This document shows positions 27,446-39,782 of a DNA stretch of 64,000 nucleotides, piece after piece. The stretch's first letter is position 1, and every line of letters begins with the position of its first letter. Source of the stretch: Tubiluchus corallicola (taxonomy: Eukaryota; Animalia; Priapulida); assembly GCA_030141605.1 (NCBI GenBank), contig JAQGDQ010000101.1, positions 1-64,000 of the forward strand. Reading direction: 5' to 3'. A program made the translations under genes and the position numbers. The notes beneath the pieces were generated by a model. That model worked only from the letters and a program-made list of their open reading frames with translations. It was not told the DNA's origin and ran no database searches.

Positions 27446-30400
27446 GTGGGTTTGTACGATCGTTACTTGTTATTAACTTAAATTAGAATTAAAATTACAA
27501 AAGATTCTTATAAATTGTTTTCCTTTACAAATATTACTGAGAGTCATATTTCATTAGCTATATTTGTTTTGCTTAAATTTCATTTTATCCTTTGTAAGTC
27601 GTGAGAAGCAGTTTTTAGTATGCAAAACTTTATAATTTTGTGGCTATGTAAAGATTTTAAGGCTGTGCGTATTTTGTGGTATTTCTTTACAAGCATTTAT
27701 TCAAAATCATTTTTTTGTAATTTGTATATATTTTAGCAAACTCTCATGTTAATGCTGTGGTACCTTGCTAGAAAATGGTTCATAGTACTTGAACGTGGAG
27801 GTCACTTTTTCATTATGTTATTTTTGCGACAATAATATTTATTGTAGAACAAAAACTTTTGTAAGTTTGTATTTATATTTGATTATAATTGCCAACAAAT
27901 AAATTTTCTTATTTACTTATCAAAATAATTTAGCTCGAACACAATGCAATAGATACGTTTTATTTCTAACGGAAAAACTTCATATACGATACTGCAGGTG
28001 CTGCTACCTGCCGTGATTTTCAGTTAGCTTTGATGCTTGATATCTAGACACATAAAGCATCAATCTGAGGAAATAATGGTCATTAAATTTGGCTCTAACG
28101 AAATGCATACATGCATGTTGTACATTGCAAAGAGCATGATGGAACTTTGACCTCTTATAAATACGATTGCGAAATTTGGTCAGCTTTCAGAGCAATCATT
28201 GTGGTCAATCATTATTGTCGTCCTCTATTTTACAACAAAAAGACACAAAAGGCTGAGTTAACAGCTTCAAAATTCCTGCAGACAGGGACAGCCTTGACGA
28301 CGGTTGGCAGCGTACATCGAATCCCAGGAAACAATTTGCCAAGTGTAATTTTGTTACTACGATTTACCGTGCTACGATATACGATTAAATTAAAGGATAC
28401 TTCTTAACTTAGATAGCAACCATAATTCTGTGGGCTCTGTGGGAGAAAACCATAAACTACAATGTATGTAAAACATCAACATTGGATCAACATAAATAGT
28501 AACTTAATGTTTCAAATTCAAAATAATAATGCCCCTGATATGGGCTTTAAAGCTATGAATGGTAATTGGACAGCAATAAAAAAAATTTAGACTTTGTTTT
28601 ACCAATAGTAATTTATGGAACAGAAACCTGGTAGATGTCGCCATAAGTTGAATACAGCATAGTTATACATTATCTAGAATTTTATACAGTAATGCAACGA
28701 ATCAGTCTCAGGATGTATAGAGCAGCATACAAGTGATGAAAAATCATAGCAGACGAGAAAAGTTAAAAGATCTAGAATACGAGTATAAAATAAACTATAC
28801 TGCATAACCAGTAGCTCCAAATCTTCAAAGAGAACAATTTTTGTAAAAAATTAGCAAGCCTACAGCATTCACCTTTACAGACAGAAAGGCCAGGCTCGAA
28901 TCAGCGAATTACGGCACGCACTCTTTTTGTACAATACGTTTGCATTACTGGGCTTTCCAACCATACCCATTACTAACATTAGGGGGGCGGATCAAAATCT
29001 GCCTTCGTAACAATATTTTTGGCACATTTAGATTCAACCAAGTTGTGATTTCGTTGTTTCTTGTTGCTGTAAATCATACAATCTAGGCTATACTACTAGG
29101 CCAACATTAGTTATAGCTTGAGAGAAATATAATATTTATTTATTTTAATTTTGTTTATTTAAATTTGTTTCGTTTTTAATTTCATAATCACATTTTTACA
29201 AACAGTGTCCGTATTGAAGAGGCACCAACGAGATATAATAATTTAGTTTAAAACCAATTTAACTTTTACATTTTCAATTTAAAGTTAAACCTTTTGAACA
29301 TGTCACCAATTTACTTGATAATTGTCGACTGAACTTGCAATGCCGAATAACGAGGAAGGTGTAGATAGGTTAACATATCATAACAGTCAATCTTTCTCGC
29401 TTTCATAAATTTATAACTTGTAATTTATTATTTCATATTTTATAGGAACAACATATTTACAGTAGGTATAGGCTTTACAACTGTACTACCAATGCTACAC
29501 GAAACAGCCTAAGTATTTGCTTTTTGGGACCAGAAATTTTTTCGTTTTCATTTATGTCGCTCTCGTAGCAAAATAAGAATTGAGAAATTCATTTTATAGT
29601 CTATTGAGTTACGTTTGCGTTATTCTCGCACAGCAGCAAATATTATATGTTAGCGCACAGAATGATGCACTTAATGACCGGTTGGTGTGACACGCATGTC
29701 ACGACATTCTTGTTTCAAAAACGACAAAATGTGTAAAACGAAGTGAAGTTATAAATTTAAGTATCTCGCAAGATAACCAATCCAATGAGCTCCATGCTCA
29801 TTTGTTATACACCCCCCCCACTCCCATCACAATGTAGAGGAGGCCGAAAATAAATTGATTTCGCCTCCCCCCCCCGTAACAATACTATATTTGTAACTTT
29901 TAGGGCATTCTTACCGACAATTTGATTTCAAGAGAAACAGGTTCGATTGTCATTATTGTCTCAAAAAATACCATACAACCACTGTGAGCTCACCCGATTA
30001 TTATTATGATGCTTGTTTCGTTTTATCTACTAAAAATACAATAAAAGATTATTTCCTTGAATTAGTTGACGGCGAACTTGGTCTAATACCAACTTGGTTT
30101 ATGTTGATTTAGAAGCGGATATCCCCTCATAAACAGATTACTAGAAGCTCAGTAGAAGCCCATATGATAGGTGACACACCCTCATGTAAGCGCTTGCACC
30201 CGTGATCGTTTTAAGAATCTGAGAAGGTTAATTGGAGTACTAATTCAGTATTGAGAATGCTAATTCGTTAATTAGTCTAATTACAATCACTCTAGGGAGT
30301 GCAATCTAACGCTGAATTGGCTTGTCCACTATAAAAGATGAATATAGACAAAAAATTAACTTGCAAGTTTGCTTGTAACATTATCCAGTTCCATAGACAC

Positions 30401-33400
30401 TTGCTTCCTCCTTCAGGTGTTAGCGTAAGCAATCGTACTACTTGAAATTCTAATAAGTTAGTCATGCCTAAAGTTCGAACACAGCGTTACAAACGTTCAG
30501 CATTGTAGTTAGAACCATAAATAGTAATGAGGAACTTCTTTTTTAAATTATAGTAAAACATTTATTTTCACAGTTGTTTTTAATCTTTTTCACCGACTTT
30601 GTGACGCCTCCAAATTTTTTTCTTGTAAAACAATGTCTCTTATCTGTCTTTTGACTTTTTCCCTTTTTTATTGTATTCACACCTTGGATTCAGTTTCAAT
30701 GCTATGGTGTGATTTTTTAATAAAGCTCATTATTTTTTATTTATTTATTTTGGACTGGTACAATCACTGGAGAAAACGTTAGTCTAGCGCCCATGTCGTC
30801 TAAGACTAAGAAATAAAAATTCGTCTTGAAATTTTGTGTCACTTGCACGCAGTCTTATTGCGCACAGAATTCGTTTTAGCAGCAACGCTGTAGAAGCTTG
30901 AAATTAAGTCGTTTAAAACAAGTTTAAGTACCATTGCGTAACAGATCGAAAAAATTCAGAACATTCGTAGCATACTTTTCGCTAACTATGCAAAAGTTTA
31001 AATTAGTTTACGTTGCCAACAGAATTAATAATTTGTATTTTTTTGAGCCATTGACGTTTTTAGGTTCACAGTGGGATAGTGAGTCAACGACGCAAACATT
31101 CTGATATCAGTTGGCGCAACCATTTTAAATTACTTAGAATTTTTTCCAGTTACTTATGTCTCTCCAACAGGAAAGCTAAATGCTAAGTAATATAACTTCA
31201 TATGGAAAGTCTTTGGGATATACTTTAAAATACATTTCTTCCCCTTTAATTTTATAAGTGTCCTACTCGACGAGATACGTACATGGGCCCACTATCCCTA
31301 CAAGCTCTCATTTTACTAACTCTTTTATTGTAATCGTTTTCAACGAGGCGCAGTCATGCTTCTTGAAAGAAGTTTTTGTCTCTTATATTTCCACTTTTGA
31401 TCTGTGCGCATGCGCAGCTTCATTTCGTAGTTCTAGGCGGCTTCACTTAAACTGAAATTCCAGTAGGTAACAGCTTCGAAGATGCACACTAATGAAACCT
31501 GAATACTTGCATTACGATGTTTGGAAGCGGAGTTCGAAGTTTTGTATTAGGGTCTCTCCCAGACGTTTTGCAACGGTACCCAGGAGTCCATTTACACTTG
31601 GATAATGGATTGTATTCTTGGCCATGTTGTTGAAAGCTAAGTAATCCTTGTGTCAGAAGTGAATCAATCAATATCGGTCAAGATTACTGAGAAAGATCCC
31701 TAAACGCAACTCGCTCTTCCGCAAGGTGTTCTTATTCAAGCCGTTGTCATGGTTAACTGCCACTTTAAAACGATTATTGAGCATTTGTTTTTATTCAGGT
31801 GAATTGATAAATCAGTTTATTTATACGCTGCGGAAAAATGCTTGCTTTTGGGTTTAGTGCGTCGTTTGCAACTTTCGTTTCCTTCATTATTATGACTGGA
31901 TTTTCTACGAATGCCGTTCGCCAAAGAGAAAGGGTTCTCAGAATCGGTAAGTCGTTTAAGGTTAGTTGTGAAAGAAAATGTAGAATCCGTTCACACATTT
32001 ATAACTGTGTTTGACAACTGCAATTTAGTTCTGTCAATTATGGAAAAGTATCCTAAAAGTACAAACGTGTTCCTGTAGATAATCTAATCTAATATTACAC
32101 ATTCCCAGTTTGTTCGGACTCTGTTTTTCTGTGATGGCTTCGCTAGCTTCTAAATTTAATGACCGTCTAGTTTTCTTATAGTTCCTATCTGTTAAAAATT
32201 TATTAAAAGAAAAACTAAAATGAAAGACGAAATGTTTTAACTTTAGTGTCAAAATTAATTTTGATGTTGACATTAAATTGCAGGGTGCTTGTAAAAATTG
32301 TCTTACTTGAAAAAGATAAGTTTGAAAACAGGAAAAGAACTCAAATGTTTCTTTTTCCTTAGTTTCTTGTGTCAAAATTAGGAGATTTTACATGTTAAAT
32401 GATACATTCTTTTACCACACTCCCGTTCAAAACAGGGAGCATCATCGTGATACCTTCATCTTTTAGTCTATCATTAAAACGTTTTTATCTATTATTTTCT
32501 TATTAAATTGCCTTTTTGTTATCTTCTATTGACTTTGCGATTTCGTGAAGTGGTTTATAAATCTTCAATTCAACAAACGTACGCAAACGTAATTGTCGTA
32601 CCATTATATCTTTCATACGTAAGTGACTAGAAGTATTGCAATAGGAACGAATACAATACGATCTAATATAAATCTATACAATACGATAGAAATATACAAT
32701 ACTTCACGAAACTTAAAATAGAAAACATCTATTAAATTTTTGCTTGTAATTATAACGTCTTGTATAATAACTGCATTAACTTTTATTACAATTAGGTAAT
32801 TTTTACTTTTTAATCTCCCAGATTTATCCATCAACTACTTAAGCTTAATCGTCCAGTTTTACATTTTTCATCGCCACTTTGGGCCCAAAATACTTTGGCC
32901 TTTTCGGACTACTGGCTATATTAACCAGGTTTTGGCCGACCAAATAATTCATAAAAATTAGGCTTTACATTTGAAGCCAAAAGCAGACAAACATATTAAA
33001 GTGTAAAAACTTAAAAACTAGAATTCTCTTTCCAAAACACTTTACGAAAATCAAGGTCGGAGTCTGAAACATACATGGCATCTGATTTCTCAAAGGCTTG
33101 TACACATACAGCAAACATAACATGAGGTCTCGGAGGCGATTATTAGTTCCACGTGTTAAATTCCGGAGCTGAGCGGTGCCGTCGGAATCCAGAAAACAGA
33201 CGACTTGCTCAGAGAAAATAAGGCTTTTTATTTTGTGTCATGCAGGGTCGCGAGCGTTTCAAAACACCACACGGACCAACAACTGATTTGGACTGTAAGG
33301 GTGGAGTGCAAACTTCGCATTTTCAGACAGATAAGTTCAGATAGAAAAACTAAGGATACCAATGATGTCGCATTATGAAGTTCTTACACACTGTAGGCCT

Positions 33401-34204
33401 ATAATTCTTTTTCACATAGAAATGTTTACAGAGAATTTGTCTAATGTACAATTTGAGGAAAGAAGGAGTTAAAGGGAGTTTATTACAGGCCTTGTATATC
33501 CACACATAGTGCAAAATAATGCGAATTGACATAATCCATTTAAAATTCTGCATTCGCTACTATCTTTATTATGCCGGGCTGCATCTCATTACCCAATAAA
33601 TTTTTAAATTAAGATTAATTATATGCAAGTTCATTAACCGGTTTCATCTAATCAATAGTTTATAGAAACCTATATGACGAAATTACCAAAAAAGTTTGAC
33701 ATATCTTTTATGGATCTCCAAACCAGTTTGGTGTTTAAAATTTGCCTCGTATCATTTTAAGCAATGATTATATTTGACGCAGTGAAAACAAGTCACCAGT
33801 TTGAAATTCAGTTCGGTTATCTTTATATTACATCTTTAGAATAATTAGTTGATGTGCACATTAATTTATTGCAATATACTGATTAAACTGAGTTGACGAA
33901 AGGCGAGCTCATCGCGCTGTTAATGCATCATTATGTTCAATATCAATTTTGTCACAAGGAGGCACAAATTTGTGGCATTTTAAAGTGGGAGAAAGGTGTT
34001 TTATAGTACCATGAGCCGTACATTGAAAGTATACAATTCTATTGTAGCCGATATTTGGATGCGGTGGAGAGGCAAGCTATTTGTACACTAACATTATTTA
34101 ACATTGTAATTAGTCTTTGTAAATATTGATTGTAGTTTGTAGTTTTAATTTTTTATATGACCGCATTTTATGCTATATGGACAAGAAATGTGAAATAAAG
34201 ATGT

Positions 34205-34576
<372 letters not shown>

Positions 34577-35537
34577 GTCATACACAAGCTTCTATAAAAA
34601 AATTCTGGCAAAAGAAGCTGCTCAGCGGCCGAAATTGTGGTGAGTTGCATTAGCGTGTATACAAGCAGTAGCAGTGTATATTTACAAGCTGAGCGTGCCA
34701 AGGAGACCCAAACACATGAGCTATGTAAACGGACACGGTAAAGCGATATAGACCGCTGTTAAGACTGTGAAGATGCTGGAAAAGTGCTGGTAATCTCGCA
34801 CTGCACGCAACGAAAATAAACTCATTTAAATCATTTAGCTCTGTATTTACATTTAACGTGAAATCGAACCAGGTCTAGGGTTGAAGCAAAATATTTATAT
34901 GAAGTTTTAAAAACAAACGTTTCCAACTAGCACGTATTATTATGGCTATAAGGTGTAAATATACAGGCATACGGGAGAAAGTTTCGCAAGGGAGGCAGAA
35001 GGAATTAGCCTTGAAAAATTTCTAGTTGCCCTAGCAATTTCTAAATAAATGCAGACAACGGGGCACATAATTATGTAGGATAAAAGCTGACAGAAATGTC
35101 TGAAAACAAAAATTTATTTATACTTACATCATATATGTTTATACATTTATATTTATACATATTGGTACTTAATACAGCATACAATACAGTAGCCGCGATA
35201 ATAATAACATAAAAATACAAGAGAACTAAACTACAGTAACCTTTATCAGCGTTTTCACTGAACAGACATGCGAATAGTTTCTGATGTATTTTTTCTAATG
35301 TTTCAGAAATTCAAGAGAAATAATGGTGAGACTGCCTATGTATTCCTTTTGCAAACACGTACATAACCTTATCAGTACATTTATAAGCGTGTACTTAAAA
35401 GTATATAATGGACTTATGTGATTTAGTGAACTAAATTTGATTGCAGGCACAATTTTTTTATTTGAAGTTATTGAAAGTTAAGTCATCGGCTTACAAGAAA
35501 CATTTAAATTGTAGCCAGTAATAACGAGGTAGCGCAG

Positions 35538-36834
35538 TGTGACGTCCGTGACGTCAGTCTGGAATATAAGAACTACCGAGCAGCATTGCAACCCCTTCTA
35601 ATATAGTTGAACTGTATTCTAGTATGATTTTGTGTATGTCCCATACTTAGGCTGCATTAATAGCTTAAGTTAGCTAATTGCTTATGTTAATTGAATGAGT
35701 CATTAGTTAATTACTCATTAAGCAAATTTACATACTACAGTAAAGCAAGTTGACTGTACATATATGAGCATGCACCTAGTTAGCTCTGGGAAGGGTCCCA
35801 CCTCATACCTGTCCTAGATCTCCTTTACAAGAAAGTAAGTGATTGGTCATACGCTCAACTGAACAGGCTATATGGCCAATGAATCGTCGTGTTAAAGGAC
35901 AAGGTCATCCAGTTTTACCTGTTCTAGAAATTGAAACTAGGTTCAAGACAGTGTGCCGAACGTGCTAGGCCAGTGAAGTCGTCGAATGTGGCTTCCGACG
36001 AACACTTATTAACAATCGAAGTCAAGACTTAATTACTGTGGCGACAGAAAGTGATTTAAAGGGCACAGACACACCAAAGGGTTAGGTGTTCGAGCCGTGA
36101 GGCGGAAACACCAATAAACTGGCCGTTATTCGTTATTAGACGTACTGCTGTAAACGGAAGTTCAGGAGATCCGGTGCAGAAACTACCAGGTTATGACCAG
36201 ATGTTGTACCAATGGTAGTTCCACGAGCTCCACGGGTCAGGACTCCGTTGCACACCACTAGGATTGGTGAAGTAACCAATTACGACTTCGGTACACCTGA
36301 CAAGCGTTGTAGAAGTTACCACGTAAGATTCCACCCCCTGCTGAGGTTTGGAAGAGTAACTGCTCAAGATTCCCCGAAGGTCGCATAACCGGTTAGTCAC
36401 GTTACTCCAGCTTCCAGAGTGATGGAGATCGTCAACCTTTGGAATGCGACAGCTTCCGACTGCAGTCACTACAACTGATAAGTATACTTACCTTACATCC
36501 TTCTCCCTCACCTGGGTTGGGGCTAACTAGTCTTCTGTTTATCGTACTTTATATAGAAACGTCGTTTGTAATTATAATAACAAGTTTGTTGTTGTTTTGG
36601 TTTAAAGTAAATTGTTCTTAGTTCTTATTCTCTCATTAAACACGGAATTTATCGGTAATATTAAAAACTGTTTTATTTGCTTCTATTCTGTATACATGTC
36701 TGTGAACTATGCTTAAATGGAAAGATTCACTGAACTCACGTGTCAGCACGTATCGGAAATTTGTAGCAAAAAAGTGTTTGTGGTGTCGTAACGAAAGCGT
36801 CCTATATCACAGGTGGTACACCACACATATCACA
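35538..36834 (+). mobile_element. Solo LTR of an LTR retrotransposon (1297 bp)
   Basis: Begins TGTGA and ends TCACA, flanked by perfect 5-bp TSD CGCAG (35533-35537 and 36835-36839); locally higher GC, CCAAT boxes and ATTAAA near the 3' end. Strand is tentative. Confidence 0.8.
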
Positions 36835-38204
36835 CGCAGCATGCATTTTCATGAAAACGTAGCAATTTTTGAATATTGAATCTTAAATTTGGAAATTTGA
36901 TAATAGAATTATGTGCCGTGAAAGTAGCCAACTTTTGCCCAGAAAATGTACATTTCTCATTTCCCCTGTGGAGGGCTAGTTACAGACGCCCAAATAGGCC
37001 TACGTCTGTGTGTAAATATTCTAAAAAAATAAGTAATGTTCCCGCAGTCTGTTTTAAACAATTAATGCCAACGAAAAGCCATAAAACAAAGTGATAACAC
37101 GACAATGTGACAAAGTGTTAATTAGGTTTACTTGCGAACCAGTCCGGAATGCGAAGCATTGTATTACTCGCTTGTTGAGTTTTTTTGGCTCATTTGCCTG
37201 GATAATCATTGAGCAGTGCCATAGATCCATTTAGTGAATATGTTATCTAGAACGTCATTTAATCTATATAATCTATATTATAATCTATATATAATCTATT
37301 TTATCTTTAAAATTATCATACGAAATTACTCTATTGTGACGTCACAGTTTAAAACCGACTAAAACTCATTACATGAATAACAACGAAAAAAACAGGAATG
37401 AAAATGGCTCCACGGCAAATCGTTCTATTTATACGGTTACACTGCAAGCAAATAACCTAAAAAGGCATTTGTGGGTACTGGATAATATTATTAGCGATTT
37501 CACGTTTAGTGAGATGAGCTCCAAATCTTGCACAGAAATATCTCATATTTGGATAAATAACAAAATGTAATTGATCATAATAATACGTAGAATGGCAAGA
37601 AACAATGTCTTGCCACGGCCTGCTAGTGTCAATAGTTGCAGCAAGACCCAAACCCAGGGAGAAAAAACATTAAACAAAAATGTCTTAGCCGCCTACACAA
37701 AAAATATAGCTATTGTAAGGTATGCATTGTTACTAACAGATGGCAGAACTTGTTCCATTGTTGTCTGATGCATCAGCGAGTATTTAATGTTGTGAAGCAG
37801 AGGTCTATGATAATCTGAAAGCTACTGTTATAGTTTATTTTATTAGTGTTTAATAATGTTGCTGTCTATTTCAAAGCATTAAATTGTGATCTTAATGAGT
37901 CTTGTATGACGAAAATTAAGAACATTGTAGCTGTTCTCGGTGTGCGATAGAAATACAGCATTACCGCAGAAGATGCGAATCAGAACCAGTTTTTCTGGCT
38001 GTCTCCAGCCATTTATTAGCAGAACTCATGCATTGCTCAGCTTCGTAATTTAACAACCACACCGAGATCCATTCTACGAATAAACATGTAGTTAATGCTA
38101 GTAAGTCAACCAAGATTGCTTCTCAAACTGACGCACTATTAGAAGTCCGGTGATCATGATTAAGTTTTAAAATGAATTTGCCAAGAAAACCTTTTGCAAT
38201 TCTG

Positions 38205-38309
38205 TTGCAGATCTGATAAATGGGTGCGTTGAAAACAATATAAACCGATTTATCTATTCCACATCCGCATAACGCATACGCAATCCTGATGCCAGGTAAA
38301 CGTCACTTA
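38205..38309 (-). mobile_element. MITE family A, copy 3 (left half only, reverse orientation)
   Basis: Reverse complement reads TAAGTGACGTTTACCTGGCATCAGGATTGCGTATGCGTTAT...GTTTATATTGTTTTCAACGCACC. Confidence 0.8.
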
Positions 38310-39291
38310 CCTCTGATATGCTTCGTTCGAAGTCTATAAATGACCTGGGTAATCTGTATTAAGTTGAGTCAGCATAGCGGCTAATCAAGCGTTTCGTTAT
38401 CTCCCAGACACTCCTTTGTCGAGGGTATCCTGACACCTTAAAATATCTAATTATATTATGATTATATGTGCATGATTCGCTTCCATATTATTCGCTTCCG
38501 TAATAGCATAAATGTTTATTATTTGTGATATAGATCTAGCTTGTATATCTATACCATCGTGTCGTGAACTAATTATATTACTAAAACGTAGCTAGTCCAC
38601 ACAGCTAGTAGACCCATAAAGTACAAAATAACTCACTAATTCCCGCAAATCATCATTGTCACTATATATACCATAATGTGAAATTGTTGTAATAATTTTG
38701 CGCATATTTTAATCTCCTGTTCTTCGTTTTCTTCAGATAAACACCACAACCATTTAGAAAGAAGCAATGCTAATAACTTCATGTTTGTTTGGGTCCGAAA
38801 ACAAAGTTAGCATAGTGTAGTATACTAGTTTATTCCACCCATCTCAAGCAATATACATAACAAGGTCTATAACAAAAATACAGCAATATCACTACTTGGG
38901 ATGCAGAGAAGTCAGAAGCCGAATATGAATTTGGGACAAAATTTAGTCTAGTCTCCAGTCTAGCTCTTCGTCCTATACGATCAAACAATTCTAACAAAAA
39001 TAAAGAACACCTTTTTTCAACATCTGTAGCTGTATGTAGAACTTCAACTAGTAGTGTATAAAGAGAAAAAATGAAGTTTACATTTTTCATTTGGAACCTA
39101 GAAATAATTTCGTTTCGAGAGTTAAAAAGCAAGAAAACTATGACGAATTTTTGTTATCAAGCGTTACAATGCTTACAAGTTATAAAACTGAAAGTAAATA
39201 CTACACTGCTAGTAGCGATTTCAAATGAAAAGTCTGTGACAGAATTTTAATGTAATTATTTTGATGGATAATTGTCAGAAGACAAAACTTG

Positions 39292-39782
39292 CTACATCCA
39301 TGGATACATTTCGGGACATTCTATGCATGTCCTCAAATAACGCAGTTCTTTTTTGAACTTATAAACACATTCGTTTTCCTTGACGCAAACAGGTGGCGCT
39401 TTTTTGTGAAAGCTACACGAGAAACGTGTGTCTGCATTAAGTAGCTCACTGTTTGGTCTTGGATGCTTGATCCAGGCTATAACATCTTTGATAGTGGATA
39501 ACCAGACATCATCATGCTCTAAAATTTCATTTAAAAAAACTAAAAAGGCTTCCCGTCTGGGAGTCCATCTCAACCACCCTGCGTGGAGAAAAAGGGGAAA
39601 TGGAGCTCGGTTGTTTTCATAATGACGTATAAAGTTTGCTCTCAGATACTCCAACGTCTCGTTCTGCGTCCAGGGCCAAGGACAACCGTCCGCCATGGCA
39701 CACTTTAATCCTTCTGCATTCTGGAGTGTTACCAGAGGAACTTCCCATAAGCCAGGATAAGATAGCCAAGGGCAGCGGTCAT
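39292..39782 (-). CDS. Chitin deacetylase exon 7 (terminal)
   Basis: [13 protein letters not shown]...[21 protein letters not shown]...DDVWLST...[14 protein letters not shown]-stop. Candidate AATAAA on the minus strand at 38829-38834. Confidence 0.93.

Noticed and set aside
37335-37346. Palindromic CRE TGTGACGTCACA as a receptor regulatory site
   Set aside because: A single short motif that is common in transposon sequence; no supporting context.
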